64,000 nt of DNA from an uncultured Verrucomicrobiae bacterium (GTDB taxonomy: Bacteria; Verrucomicrobiota; Verrucomicrobiia; Chthoniobacterales; JAFAMB01): assembly GCA_963762565.1 (NCBI GenBank), contig CAVXLD010000014.1, positions 64,001 through 128,000 on the forward strand, in the 5' to 3' direction. Below are positions 31,390 through 42,027 of the stretch, piece by piece (within the stretch, counting starts at the first letter, position 1; the number at the start of each line of letters is the position of its first letter). The position numbers and the translations under genes are program-made. The notes beneath the pieces are model-generated. The model searched no databases, had not been told where the DNA came from, and worked only from the letters and a program-made list of their open reading frames with translations.

Positions 31390-32028
31390 ATGCCTGGACT
31401 TTTTGTTAGTTTTGAGGGCGGAGAAGCCTGCGGCAAGTCGACGCAGGTTGCCCGCTTGGTTCGAAAATTGGAAACCAAGGGATATCAGGTCCTTTCCATC
31501 CGAGAGCCGGGTTCCACCCGGGCCGGAGAAGCGATTCGCAGCCTTTTGCTTGACCCCGGTCAGGGCATCGATCTTACGCCCGCCGCCGAGCTTCTCCTTT
31601 TTGGCGCTAGTCGAGCCCAATTGGTAGAAGAAGTCATTCGCCCCGCCTTTAACGCCGGTAAAGTCGTGCTGGCAGACCGTTTCAACGATTCGACCACGGT
31701 TTACCAGGGGATTGCACGCGGGCTAGGACTAAAATTCATCCTTGAAATGGAAGAGTTTATTTGTGGCGATTTACGGCCAGCCCTCACTTTGTTGCTCGAT
31801 CTAGATCTCGAGACGATGCGGAATCGGGTGCTACGCAGAGTGCGTCCAGTTAGTGGTCCGGACCGGATGGAAGAACTTCCACTAGAGTTTCACCGGAAGG
31901 TTCGGGAAGGGTATTTGCAACTGGCTCGAGAATTTCCTCAACGAATCAAGGTGATTGATGCGGCTCGTTCGCCAGATGAAGTAGAAGCTGCCATTTGGAA
32001 GGAGATCGATGCCATTCTTGGTCGATGA
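31390..32028 (+). CDS. tmk: Thymidylate kinase
   Basis: FEGGEACGKST, REPG, DRFNDST.VYQG. Confidence 0.96.
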   Translation: MPGLFVSFEGGEACGKSTQVARLVRKLETKGYQVLSIREPGSTRAGEAIRSLLLDPGQGIDLTPAAELLLFGASRAQLVEEVIRPAFNAGKVVLADRFNDSTTVYQGIARGLGLKFILEMEEFICGDLRPALTLLLDLDLETMRNRVLRRVRPVSGPDRMEELPLEFHRKVREGYLQLAREFPQRIKVIDAARSPDEVEAAIWKEIDAILGR

Positions 32029-32974
32029 AGCGCTTCACTATCTGGTTCGGGCGAAGGACGGCGGCCGCTTGCCTCATTCGTATCTCATTACGGGTCCGGA
32101 AGGCTCAGGCAAACGAGACTTGGCCCGAAGATTCTTTGCTGAATTAAATGAAACCGCCGCGGTAGAAACGCATCCGGACTATCATTTGGTCGAGCCGGAA
32201 TCGAAGTCTCGCCGGATTTTGGTGGAACAGATCCGGGAACTCGAAGATTCGCTGCGGATGAAATCGAGCGTCGGAGGTTGGAAGTTTGGGGTCATTATCG
32301 ATGCCGACCGGATGATGCCGCAGGCGAGCAATGCGTTCCTCAAAACGCTGGAGGAACCGCCGAGCAAATCGATCCTTCTGCTGTTGACCGCTGTTCCTGA
32401 GGCATTGTTGGAGACCGTTCAATCTCGTTGCATCCGGATCTCACTGCGGCTGCCCGGTGGGCCCCGTCTGGATCCAACGGGCGATAGTCTGCTGTCTGCT
32501 GTCGCTCGCGTCTGTCGAGAACGACCCGACACGATTGCCGGAGCGTTGACTCTGGCCCGCGTATTCCAAGATCATCTTCAACAGATCCGAGCCGCGATTG
32601 AATCTGAGCACGAGGAGAAACTGGGTGAGGAAACGGAGGCCTACCGGGACAGGACGGACGGCCGTTGGCTCGAACGAGAAGAAGACCGGTTACTCGTCCT
32701 TACTGAAAGCCGCTACGTGAAAGCGCGCTCCCGCTTGGTCGACCGCCTCATGGAGTGGTTCGCTGACGCGGTGCGTCTTAGGAATGGCGCTGAAAGCGCC
32801 GTCTCCGTTACGGAGGAACTCCAGCAATTCGCCAAGCATTACTCCATCCCCGAGCTACTAAGGCGTTACCGGGCTTTGGTCGACCTCCAGGAGAACTTTT
32901 CCAGAAATATCCAGGAAGCCCTGGCCATTGAGGTGGCCTTTATTGAGGCGTTTGGACCGGCCGGGGAAAGGTGA
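32009..32974 (+). CDS. holB: DNA polymerase III subunit delta-prime
   Basis: HSYLITGPEGSGK, NAFLKTLEEPP, TVQSRC; follows tmk. Confidence 0.93.
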   Translation: MPFLVDEALHYLVRAKDGGRLPHSYLITGPEGSGKRDLARRFFAELNETAAVETHPDYHLVEPESKSRRILVEQIRELEDSLRMKSSVGGWKFGVIIDADRMMPQASNAFLKTLEEPPSKSILLLLTAVPEALLETVQSRCIRISLRLPGGPRLDPTGDSLLSAVARVCRERPDTIAGALTLARVFQDHLQQIRAAIESEHEEKLGEETEAYRDRTDGRWLEREEDRLLVLTESRYVKARSRLVDRLMEWFADAVRLRNGAESAVSVTEELQQFAKHYSIPELLRRYRALVDLQENFSRNIQEALAIEVAFIEAFGPAGER

Positions 32975-33169
32975 AAGTGATTGGTGATTGGTGATTCGTG
33001 ATTGGTAAGGTGAGGCTTACGAACAGCCGTTAAGGCTCTTGCGCAGCGCTGCAAACAGCTGAAAAAGGGATAAAAGGTGCGAGGCTCCGCGAAGTGAGCG
33101 AGGCTAATCCGCGAGGGTATTAGGGCGGCCCTCCCAATCACCAATCACTAATCACCAATCACTTCTCAC
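32970..33169. repeat. Fold-back element with GGTGATT/AATCACC arms
   Basis: Left arm starts in the holB stop codon; right arm 33134-33169. Confidence 0.92.
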
Positions 33170-33209
33170 GATTGCCGTTCACCGATTACGGACTACTGGT
33201 TACCAACCG

Positions 33210-33683
33210 ATGCTCACCCTCTATATCCTTCGTCATGCCGAAGCCGAAGCCGAGGCAGGTTCTGATGCCGAACGGGCGCTCACTTCGAAAGGACGCGACC
33301 AGGCAAGAACAGTGGGACGTTTTTGTTGTGAGAAAGAAATCTGTCCGGTGCTTATCCTGACCAGCCCGCTGGTCCGAGCTCAACAAACGGCTAAACTGGT
33401 GTGCAAGGAACTAGGGGAAAAAACGAAGCTGGAGACAGCCGAGTTTTTGTCGGCCGGCATGACCCCGGAACGGGCTTTCGCGCAGTTAAGCAAATTCAGC
33501 GGCCCGGGGCCCGTGATGCTGGTTGGGCATGAACCCGATCTAAGCGAATTTATCGCCGCCTCGATCGGTGGCGCCTCGGAGAGCATCCGGTTTCGCAAAG
33601 CCGGACTGGCAAAACTGACTTTACCTGAGACGAAACCGGGTGTTGGTACGCTAGATTTTCTTTTGACCCCCAAACTCTTATGA
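33210..33683 (+). CDS. sixA: Phosphohistidine phosphatase SixA
   Basis: LRHAEA, SPLVRAQQT, VGHEPDL. Confidence 0.9.
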   Translation: MLTLYILRHAEAEAEAGSDAERALTSKGRDQARTVGRFCCEKEICPVLILTSPLVRAQQTAKLVCKELGEKTKLETAEFLSAGMTPERAFAQLSKFSGPGPVMLVGHEPDLSEFIAASIGGASESIRFRKAGLAKLTLPETKPGVGTLDFLLTPKLL

Positions 33684-34366
33684 AGCCTGAGATCGTCCGA
33701 ACGCATTCTTTTGTCCCCGAGGTTGTCCGCTTCATTAAGGATTCTGCCTCAGAAGCGATCGACTCGCGCGGTTTCTTTCGTATCGCCCTCAGTGGAGGGA
33801 ACACTCCCCGTCCAATTTATCAAGCGCTCGCCCTTGAGGATTGTGATTGGAGAAAATGGATCGTGACTTTCGGAGACGAGCGCTGTGTTACCCCTGACGA
33901 TACCCAAAGCAACTATCGAATGGCATCGGAATCGTTTTTGCTGGTTACCAGTCCTGGCGAAGTGGTCCGGATGAAAGGAGAGCTCGATCCGCAGGAGGCG
34001 GCAGAAGAATACGACACCGCTATCCAACATCTCGGCAAGCGATTCGGCGAACAGCGGTACCGGCATGATTTGATCCTGCTCGGCCTGGGAGAGGATGGCC
34101 ATACCGCCTCGTTATTCCCAGAGACAGCGGCTCTTGAGGAGACGCAAAAGAATGTGGTGCCCAATTTTGTCCCGAAGTTCAATACCCATCGCCTTACCTT
34201 CACCTTTCCTTTGATCAACGCCGCGCGTTGCGTTGCCTTCGTCATCAATGACAAGACAAAGCAGCCCATGGTGGACCGTGTTTTTGCCGGAAATAGTGGC
34301 CTCCCGTCCGAGCGAGTGAAACCTGCCAACGGCGAATTGCTGTGGTTCCTGGGACAGGGGAGGTAG
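33680..34366 (+). CDS. pgl: 6-phosphogluconolactonase
   Basis: ALSGGNTP, FGDERCV, LGLGEDGHTASLFP. Confidence 0.96.
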   Translation: MKPEIVRTHSFVPEVVRFIKDSASEAIDSRGFFRIALSGGNTPRPIYQALALEDCDWRKWIVTFGDERCVTPDDTQSNYRMASESFLLVTSPGEVVRMKGELDPQEAAEEYDTAIQHLGKRFGEQRYRHDLILLGLGEDGHTASLFPETAALEETQKNVVPNFVPKFNTHRLTFTFPLINAARCVAFVINDKTKQPMVDRVFAGNSGLPSERVKPANGELLWFLGQGR

Positions 34367-34378
34367 TGGGAGAAGAAA

Positions 34379-34507
34379 GGTGATTGGTGATTAGTGATTG
34401 GTGGTAGGGCGGGGGCCAACTTCAGTTCGTTGGACAATTGTATCCTAGCGCCGCAGCCAGAGCCGGGGCAGCGGCCAACCAATCACCATTCACTAATCAC
34501 CAATCAC
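34379..34507. repeat. Fold-back element with GGTGATT/AATCACC arms
   Basis: Three left units and four right units around a ~75-bp core. Confidence 0.9.
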
Positions 34508-34635
34508 GCTGGACCGAAACGCGATCCATGCTCGTCATAACTCACTCGTACCCAACGCCCTCCCAGCTCCCAGATTCTAGCTCGCTACCTCCTCGAATAG
34601 TGACTGGCGTTTGAAGTCGTGATAGTCTGCTCCAC

Positions 34636-35220
34636 ATGGGTATTTCCTCAGAGGGATTTGGTTTTGACGCGCTGCTCGAAATTGCGACTCGTTGCGGCTC
34701 GGGAACAGCTTTCAAGAAAGGAATCTCGTGGAACGCAGACTCGGACCTCGAACGCAGTTGGGCGCATTGGACGCGGTCCTCGTTTCAGCCCTTCATCCTC
34801 CCTCATTTAGTTCAAGTGCAGGCGCTCTCATCACGCCAGTTCGTTCGCGAAATTTTGGGGCTCGATCGAGCCTTCTCGGGTTTGCTCTCAAGAGAAAATG
34901 AAGAGAAAAGCGTTGAGGCGGGACGACAGCTGCTTTTGATGAAATCGCTCAAAGCCGATCGCACTCTCGACCGGATTCAACGCGCTGTAGCGGCCGGGAC
35001 CGCGCCCGGACATTTTGCGACCCTGTTTGCAGTCCGGGCGGCGGTATTTTCTATTGCGCCGCGCACCACCGTCTCAGCCTACCTCCTACAAGAGCTCGTC
35101 TGCGAGATCCCGGATTCGGATCATCAAGCGGAATTGCTTGCGCTCGGCCTGTCTGAGGTCAACGATTTCTTCCGGCACTCTGTCGAGACGAAATCGGAAG
35201 GTATGCGATCGAATGCCTGA
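34636..35220 (+). CDS. Hypothetical protein (weakly UreF-like)
   Basis: 194-aa ORF overlapping the clpS start; SVEAGRQLL and GHFATLFA segments loosely recall UreF. Confidence 0.6.
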   Translation: MGISSEGFGFDALLEIATRCGSGTAFKKGISWNADSDLERSWAHWTRSSFQPFILPHLVQVQALSSRQFVREILGLDRAFSGLLSRENEEKSVEAGRQLLLMKSLKADRTLDRIQRAVAAGTAPGHFATLFAVRAAVFSIAPRTTVSAYLLQELVCEIPDSDHQAELLALGLSEVNDFFRHSVETKSEGMRSNA

Positions 35221-35494
35221 GACTGCTATCGATACTAAAACGGAGGCGCAGCTAGCGACCCCGTGGAACGTGGTAGTTCACAATGACCCGGTGAACTTGA
35301 TGTCCTATGTCACGATGGTTTTCCAAAAAGTCTTCGGTTATTCGCGTGACCGGGCAACGCGACACATGCTCGAGGTACATCATCTGGGTCGATCGATAGT
35401 CTGGAGCGGGGCCAGGGAGCAGGCCGAGCTATATGTGCAGCAGCTGCATGGGTACCTGCTGCAAGCGACAATGGAAAAATCTGAGGGATGTTGA
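35213..35494 (+). CDS. clpS: ATP-dependent Clp protease adaptor ClpS
   Basis: WNVVVHNDPVNLMSYV, MLEVHHLG. Confidence 0.93.
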   Translation: MPETAIDTKTEAQLATPWNVVVHNDPVNLMSYVTMVFQKVFGYSRDRATRHMLEVHHLGRSIVWSGAREQAELYVQQLHGYLLQATMEKSEGC

Positions 35495-36009
35495 TTCGTA
35501 AATGGAAAAAGAAGGCGATCGAATTCTCCCGCATCGAACAGATCGAGGCAGAACTTTTAAGGCAAGTACCAGCCTGTTGTGAGCTGGACGAGGGCAGCGC
35601 CGGTAAATCCCGGATTTTTCCGGCGCCGGTGGATGCGAGCGAAGCGGACTTGTTGCGGGATTGGGAGGAGTATGTCCGCCCGGAGTTGCACCATCTTTTC
35701 CGTTCTGCGAAGGAGACGGTTGAGGCCGATCTCGCTGGGCTGAAAATGAAGGTCGGGCATCTGGGGCGTTTCTTAGTTCCTCTGGAACATGGCGAGCCTT
35801 GGTTGAATGCTCTGAACCAAGCCCGTCTAATCCTGGCTGCAAAGTTCGAGTTTTCCGAACGGGAGCTCTCCACCTTCGACCTGCCTCGGACCTTTTCGCA
35901 GCGCGAACTTGTGCTCCACCAGATCAATTTCTATGCAGGCATCCAAGAGCGCATCATTGAAATCCTAACGACGGGAGAAGAGCGGAAGAGCTCCGGGGGA
36001 GGTGTGTGA
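35488..36009 (+). CDS. DUF2017-family protein
   Basis: WLNALNQARLILA motif; position directly after clpS. Confidence 0.75.
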   Translation: MLIRKWKKKAIEFSRIEQIEAELLRQVPACCELDEGSAGKSRIFPAPVDASEADLLRDWEEYVRPELHHLFRSAKETVEADLAGLKMKVGHLGRFLVPLEHGEPWLNALNQARLILAAKFEFSERELSTFDLPRTFSQRELVLHQINFYAGIQERIIEILTTGEERKSSGGGV

Positions 36010-36025
36010 GGTCCCCCCCAGAGCT

Positions 36026-36211
36026 GGGAGGGATCGCAGCCTGTCCGACATAGCCTTCTGTCCATAGTGTCGTGCTTTTCCCACGGTTTGGCGACGTCGG
36101 ATCCCCGCGATCCGTTGTCACCGAAGCCGAGGACGTGTTGTGATTCTGGGACGGAAATACATCTTGGGTTCGGGCACGTGCTCGCGGCGCGCGGGGACGC
36201 GCGCCCTCCCC
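36026..36211 (+). repeat. REPIN-like A/B element with 62-bp hairpin inserted in the left REP
   Basis: GGGAGGGATCGC[..CCTGTCCGACATAGCC..GGCGACGTCGGA]TCCCCGCGATCCG; spacer and REP-B match 20517. Confidence 0.9.
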
Positions 36212-36320
36212 GACTTGCACCACGCGCCTTGGCGCATACGAATCGCTTTTCCTGGTGGCACAGAGATTTTCGCCCTGCTGCCCGTTGACGTCATCCAACC
36301 ATCACGAGTAACTTCGCCTC

Positions 36321-36794
36321 ATGAGTAAACCCGTCGTCGAAGTGCATGTCAGGGCGGTTGTTCCGACCTCCGGCGGGTGTGCTGTCTTCGTCGGCAACGA
36401 TGAGAAGGTCTTTGTAATTTACGTTGATCAAACCGTCGGCCAGGCCATTACGATGTTCATGCGCGGCGCGCAGAAGGAACGCCCGTTGACCCATGATCTT
36501 ATGGCCAATATCCTGATGGCGTTGGGAGCGCGGATTGAGCGGATCGTCATCAACGATCTTAAACGGGGCACCTACTTTGCCCGGATGATTCTGAGTGCCG
36601 AGAACGAGCTGCACCAGCGCAAGGTGATTGAGATCGATGCCCGGCCGAGCGACTGTATCGCCATGGCGGCTCAGCAAAAAGCGTCTATCTACGTGAGTCG
36701 CGAGGTCTGGGAAGAGGTCGACGATATGGCGGACGTGCTCCGCAAAATGGAAGAAGAAGGTTCCAGTCCCGGAGAATCCGAAGAAGAATTCTAA
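36321..36794 (+). CDS. Bifunctional nuclease family (DUF151) protein
   Basis: RPLTHDL and IDARPSDCIA motifs. Confidence 0.92.
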   Translation: MSKPVVEVHVRAVVPTSGGCAVFVGNDEKVFVIYVDQTVGQAITMFMRGAQKERPLTHDLMANILMALGARIERIVINDLKRGTYFARMILSAENELHQRKVIEIDARPSDCIAMAAQQKASIYVSREVWEEVDDMADVLRKMEEEGSSPGESEEEF

Positions 36795-36856
36795 ATTTTC
36801 GGTTTTTTGCAGCGACCGATTGCAATTGAAGATGCACCACTTAGTTTGCGGCGATC

Positions 36857-38776
36857 ATGTCTGACAGCTGGGACATTCCATCCGCTATTTCTCTTTATAA
36901 CGTAGACCGTTGGGGATCGGGCTACTTCAGTATCAATCGATCGGGCAACGTCCAGGTCATGCCGACTCAGCAAGAGAGTCTGAATATCGACCTGATGGAG
37001 GTGGTCCAAGAAGCTCGCGAGCGCGGCATGAGTTTCCCGCTCGTAGTCCGCTTTCAAGACCTGCTGCGACATCGGGTCGAAACGGTCAATCGCGCCTTCC
37101 AATCGGCAATTGCTGAAGCCCGGTACCAGAACGTCTATAAAGGAGTCTTTCCAATCAAAGTGAATCAGCTTCGGGAAGTGGTGGAGGAGATCATTGATGC
37201 TGGTTCGCCTTATCATTTTGGTTTGGAGGCTGGTAGCAAACCGGAGCTGATCGCCGCCTTAGCCGTCCATCGTGACCCGGACAGTTTAATTATCTGTAAC
37301 GGCTACAAAGACCTGACCTATATCAAACTGGCGCTGCTTGGCCGGAAGTTAGGCAAGCTGATCGTCATCGTCGTTGAAAAACTCGAGGAAATCCGGCAGA
37401 TCGTCCAGCTTTCTAAAGAGATGGGGGTCCAGCCCATTCTTGGATTGAGAGTGCGACTACAGGTGAAGGGTCATGGGCGTTGGGCTACCAGCGGGGGCGA
37501 GAATGCGAAGTTTGGTCTTTCTACCGCCGACCTGGTCGCAGCCAGTAACTATCTGAAAGAGGAGGGGATGGCTGACGCGCTGAGGTTGGTTCATTTTCAT
37601 GTAGGGTCGCAAGTGCCAGATATCGGCGTCGTTAAGAGGGCCGTACGCGAAGCAGCTCGGTTTTTTGCCAAGCTCGCCCATATGGGCCATCCGATGGAGT
37701 TCATCGATGTTGGCGGTGGGCTCGGCGTCGACTACGACGGCTCCCGCACCGCTTTTGATAGCTCCATGAACTACACGTTGCAGGAGTACGCGCGTGATGT
37801 GGTCTACAACATCATGGATGTTGTTGACTCGGAGAAGGTTTCTCATCCGACGATCGTCAGCGAAGGTGGTAGAGCAATTGTAGCTCATCATTCCGTCCTG
37901 ATCGTCGAAGCTTTCGGGTCCATTGAGAAAGGCACTGCCGATCTAGCCCTGCAGATCAAAGAAACCGATCCAAAACCGTTATCCGATATCGTTGAAATCC
38001 AGCGCTCGCTCACCAAGCAGAACCGGATGGAAAACCTGCACGATGCGCAGCAGGTCAAAGAACAGGCTCAATCCATGTTTGAGCTGGGCTTGCTGGATCT
38101 CGAGAGCAAGGCCAAGATTGAGACCATCTACTGGCAGATCGCCGAGTCAGTAGTCGATCTGTGCCGCGGCATGCGTTACGTGCCGGATGAGGTCAAAGAA
38201 CTAGAGATATCTTTGGGGGATCAATACCTTTGTAACTTCTCCGTTTTTCAATCATTGCTGGATCATTGGGCTCTGGGACAGCTTTTCCCGATTATGCCGA
38301 TCCACAAATTGCAATATCCGCCCGACCGGAATGGCACGTTGGTGGATATCACCTGCGACTCGGACGGTAAGGTCAGCAAGTTTATCGACTTGCAGGATGT
38401 CAAAGAAACCCTGCCGTTGCACCGGATAAACAACGGAGAGCCTTATTACCTCGGCTTCTTCCTGATGGGCGCCTACCAGGATATTATGGGTGACTTGCAT
38501 AACTTATTCGGCCGGGTGAACGAAGTTCATATCTTCCTGGACGAAGACGAGGACAGCGGCTGGTACATAGAAGAAGTAATCCAAGGCAGCACGGTGATCA
38601 GCGTTCTTTCCATGACTCAGTGGGACCAGAACGAGCTGGTTCGCCTGGTGAAAGGCCAAGTCGACGCAGCCATCAAATCCGACCGCCTGAAGCCGAACGA
38701 AGCCATGCGCATCTTAAATGATTATGAGCGCGGCCTCGGCGGCTACACCTACCTCAACTTCAATAAACAAGTCTAG
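36857..38776 (+). CDS. speA: Biosynthetic arginine decarboxylase
   Basis: FPIKVNQ, GLEAGSKPEL, HFHVGSQ, DITCDSDG, GAYQDIMGDLHNLFG. Confidence 0.98.
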   Translation: MSDSWDIPSAISLYNVDRWGSGYFSINRSGNVQVMPTQQESLNIDLMEVVQEARERGMSFPLVVRFQDLLRHRVETVNRAFQSAIAEARYQNVYKGVFPIKVNQLREVVEEIIDAGSPYHFGLEAGSKPELIAALAVHRDPDSLIICNGYKDLTYIKLALLGRKLGKLIVIVVEKLEEIRQIVQLSKEMGVQPILGLRVRLQVKGHGRWATSGGENAKFGLSTADLVAASNYLKEEGMADALRLVHFHVGSQVPDIGVVKRAVREAARFFAKLAHMGHPMEFIDVGGGLGVDYDGSRTAFDSSMNYTLQEYARDVVYNIMDVVDSEKVSHPTIVSEGGRAIVAHHSVLIVEAFGSIEKGTADLALQIKETDPKPLSDIVEIQRSLTKQNRMENLHDAQQVKEQAQSMFELGLLDLESKAKIETIYWQIAESVVDLCRGMRYVPDEVKELEISLGDQYLCNFSVFQSLLDHWALGQLFPIMPIHKLQYPPDRNGTLVDITCDSDGKVSKFIDLQDVKETLPLHRINNGEPYYLGFFLMGAYQDIMGDLHNLFGRVNEVHIFLDEDEDSGWYIEEVIQGSTVISVLSMTQWDQNELVRLVKGQVDAAIKSDRLKPNEAMRILNDYERGLGGYTYLNFNKQV

Positions 38777-39005
38777 GGCGTCGTCTTATACTCCGCCTGG
38801 AGCTAGGAGCTAGAATCTAGGAGCTAGGAGAGGGCCGTGGGTGTGCTGAACCGATTGGACTCACTTGGGGAGGTATGTGTCAGATCATATCGGTCCCATC
38901 CGATCGCAGCGCCCAGCACGTGCTATCACCCTGAGACGCCATTATGTCTAGCCGCCCCCTCCTAGCTCCTAGATTCTAGCTCCTGCGGAGTATAAGACGA
39001 CGCCC
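38776..39005. repeat. Fold-back element with GGAGCTA arms and perfect 21-bp terminal IR
   Basis: GGGCGTCGTCTTATACTCCGC 38776-38796 / GCGGAGTATAAGACGACGCCC 38985-39005; lies between convergent genes. Confidence 0.93.
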
Positions 39006-39012
39006 CCCCGCG

Positions 39013-41148
39013 TCATCCCCCGAACAACTTCTTCAACGAATCCAAAAACCGCTGACGAAGATTATTTTGGTTATCGGCAGGCTGGGCGCTTGGATTAATC
39101 GGCTCCCCCCGATGCACTTGGCAAGTCTGGGAAGGCACCGTCGACTGCGGCAGAGTGATCTGATACGCGGTTCCGGCGGCCCGGCATTCATCCGTAGCGA
39201 TCTCATTCGAAACCGAACAGAGTTCGACCCGAACCACGGGTTCAGGCGATGCAAAATCTCCATCCGGATATTTCGTCCGAGAAGCTTTCTCCAGAATCTT
39301 CACCCAAATTGGCAAGGCAAGGGCTGCGCCATATCCGCGTTGTTCGATCGTCTGTGGCTGATCGAAACCGACCCAAACCCCGCAGGTCAAAGAGTTGGTG
39401 AAACCAACGAACCACGCGTCCTTATAGTCGTCCGTCGTGCCGGTCTTGCCGGCGGCCGTTCGATCTAGTCCCAACGATTTAGCAGATGCCGCTGTGCCCC
39501 GGGATAGAACGCCTTCCAGAGTCTCTGCTATCATCCAAGCGATCGCCGGCTTCAAAATCTGGCGTTGCAGCGGGCGGGCCTGATAAAGCACATGGCCTTC
39601 TTTGTCGTCGATTCGCTCGATCAGATAAGGCTCGCGGCGCACACCTCCTGAAGGGAACGCGGTATATGCCGCAGTAATGTCTTTCAGCGTCGACCCGAAC
39701 GTGCCCAAATAGATAGCGGGAAGCTTGGGGATGTTATTTCCGAGACCAGCCTCGGTCAGCAGTGCTTGAACCTTGCCCAGGCCAACATGCTCACCCACTC
39801 GAATCGTCATCGTGTTCCTGGAGAAAATCAGACCGTCTCTCAACGGCAAGAGTCCTCGACTTGAGCCGTCCGAATTTCCCGGGTTCCAATGCGGCGCCTC
39901 AGGCACTTCACCGGGACGAATAGGGTCATCACTGATTTGAGTGCCGGGGAACCAACCAGTCTCGTAGCCGGCGGCGTAGATGAATGGTTTTGCGACCGAG
40001 CCAACCGACCGCACGGCCTGCAATGCTCGATCGAATTTGCTGTCTTGATAGTCGCGTCCTCCGACGATTGCCCTGATCCCTCCGGTATGGTTATCGATCA
40101 CTAACGCTGCGCCTTGCAGGTACGGAGTGGCCTCTTCGTTAGCTCGGTCGCTTTCGGTGTAAGCGTTCTTCCGCGGATGTTTGTAGTCGGACTTGGCCTC
40201 GATCTGAGTTAGACAACTATCGACCGCGGAATCTGCGGCCAACTGCAAGGTGGGGTCAAGAGTTGTATAGATCTTGAGCCCGCCGCTATCGATCTCATCT
40301 TGGGACACGATTCCTTGGAGCTCGTGGTATAACGCGTCCATCGCATAGTTCTGTTGCGGGATCGCCGATTTTTTGCCCGTTGTTTTTAGTTGCGTGGACT
40401 TGGCTGTCTCCTCGTCTGAGCTTGAGATGTAGCCGAGTTCTGCCATGCGATCGAGCACCTCGTTGCGTTGAGTTACCGCGCCGCTCGGGTTGTTTATCGG
40501 TGAATACCGGTTAGGACTTCGAATCAGACCAGCCAAGGTTGCTGCTTCTGGTAGATTGACCTGTGCAGCCGATTTCCCAAAATAGGCTCGCGCAGCGGCT
40601 TCCAGCCCGTAGTAGCCTGAGCCGAAATAGATTCGATTGATATAATCATCCAGAATCTGGTCTTTGGAGAACGTTAGCTCGATTCGGACAGCCATGAACG
40701 CTTCCAAGATCTTCCGGCTGAGGTCCCGCTTTCCCAGTTCGAAACTGTTTCGAGCCAGTTGCTGGGTAATCGTGCTGCCGCCTTGTAACAGCGTGAAATG
40801 ACTCAGGTTGCTGGTGAACGCTCGCGACACGCCGACCAGATCTATGCCGTGGTGTTCGTAAAACCGCGAATCTTCCCGCGCCAGCAACGCTTTTTTGAAC
40901 AGCGGCGATACCTGGTTCACGTTAACTAGGATCCGGTTTTCGCCGTAGAGGCGGCTGTATACCTTGCCATCTACGTCGTAGATCCAGCATCGCTCCGGAA
41001 TGTGGCCGACTTGCCTTAAGTCAAATGACAGCGACCAACCGAGATAGACCGCAAATACCAACCCTAGGGTAACGATCCCTTCAACGAACAATCCGAACAG
41101 AAATCGGCTGAGAAATCCAACCGTTAAGAAACTTTGACGCCCGTTCAT
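39013..41148 (-). CDS. Class A penicillin-binding protein (PBP1A family)
   Basis: EDSRFYEHHG, GGSTITQQL, SVAK, SRN, KTG. Confidence 0.95.
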   Translation of the reverse strand: MNGRQSFLTVGFLSRFLFGLFVEGIVTLGLVFAVYLGWSLSFDLRQVGHIPERCWIYDVDGKVYSRLYGENRILVNVNQVSPLFKKALLAREDSRFYEHHGIDLVGVSRAFTSNLSHFTLLQGGSTITQQLARNSFELGKRDLSRKILEAFMAVRIELTFSKDQILDDYINRIYFGSGYYGLEAAARAYFGKSAAQVNLPEAATLAGLIRSPNRYSPINNPSGAVTQRNEVLDRMAELGYISSSDEETAKSTQLKTTGKKSAIPQQNYAMDALYHELQGIVSQDEIDSGGLKIYTTLDPTLQLAADSAVDSCLTQIEAKSDYKHPRKNAYTESDRANEEATPYLQGAALVIDNHTGGIRAIVGGRDYQDSKFDRALQAVRSVGSVAKPFIYAAGYETGWFPGTQISDDPIRPGEVPEAPHWNPGNSDGSSRGLLPLRDGLIFSRNTMTIRVGEHVGLGKVQALLTEAGLGNNIPKLPAIYLGTFGSTLKDITAAYTAFPSGGVRREPYLIERIDDKEGHVLYQARPLQRQILKPAIAWMIAETLEGVLSRGTAASAKSLGLDRTAAGKTGTTDDYKDAWFVGFTNSLTCGVWVGFDQPQTIEQRGYGAALALPIWVKILEKASRTKYPDGDFASPEPVVRVELCSVSNEIATDECRAAGTAYQITLPQSTVPSQTCQVHRGEPINPSAQPADNQNNLRQRFLDSLKKLFGG

Positions 41149-41253
41149 GAGTCGGTAGGGACAAGCTCCGGCTCGCCCGCCGCGCAACCCGCATCCGCCG
41201 CGGCGAAAGCTTGCCGGCCGGGGAAGTTCTCTTTCTTCAGTGCCGCCATTCCA

Positions 41254-41979
41254 TCAGTTCTCACCCTTCTCGCTCGCTCCTGTTGTTGCCGGCGTTCCCG
41301 GCGCTGTCGGCGTTAAATCAGGTCGTCGTTCAATCGTGCGTTTAAGCGCTTCCGCTTTCCGCCATGCTTCAATGGCAGCGTGATTTCCGGAAAGCAAAAT
41401 CTCAGGCACCTTCAAGCCTCGAAATTCCGCTGGTCTGGTGTAATGAGGATATTCCAGAAACCCGTTACTAAAAGACTCGTCCATGGCCGAGTCCGCTTCT
41501 CCGAGAACACCCGGAATCAAGCGTGCAACTGCATCGACGACCACGGTTGCGGCGATAGCGCCGTTGGTAAGTATGTAGTCTCCGATCGATAACTCCTCAT
41601 CGATCAAGTGGTCCGCTACTCGTTGATCAACCCCTTCGTAATGTCCGCAGATGAATATGAGATGAGATTTTTCAGCCAACTCCCGAGCCCTTTGCTGCGT
41701 GAAACGGCGGCCAGTCGCGGCCATTAGGATGACGTGCGACTCGGGCCGCCGAAGTGCTTCTACGGCAGCGAAGATTGGTTCCGCCTTCATTACCATGCCC
41801 GGCCCGCCACCGTAAGGCGGCTCATCGGTTACGCGATGTTTCCCTGGGGCCCATTGGCGAAGGTCAAGACAACGTACCTGAATCACACGATTTTCTTGGG
41901 CTTTTCCCAATATACTCTCCGCCAGAGCTGCTTCGCAGAGCCCTGGGAAAAGCGTCAGGATATCGAACTCGATCATCAA
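41254..41979 (-). CDS. trmD: tRNA (guanine-N1)-methyltransferase
   Basis: PYGGGPGMVM, CGHYEGVDQR, SIGDYILTNG, EYPHYTRP. Confidence 0.98.
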   Translation of the reverse strand: MMIEFDILTLFPGLCEAALAESILGKAQENRVIQVRCLDLRQWAPGKHRVTDEPPYGGGPGMVMKAEPIFAAVEALRRPESHVILMAATGRRFTQQRARELAEKSHLIFICGHYEGVDQRVADHLIDEELSIGDYILTNGAIAATVVVDAVARLIPGVLGEADSAMDESFSNGFLEYPHYTRPAEFRGLKVPEILLSGNHAAIEAWRKAEALKRTIERRPDLTPTAPGTPATTGASEKGEN

Positions 41980-42027
41980 CCGCTGAAAGATTCCCTCTTT
42001 TGCTGGGAGAAGTCTATAGGGGAAACA

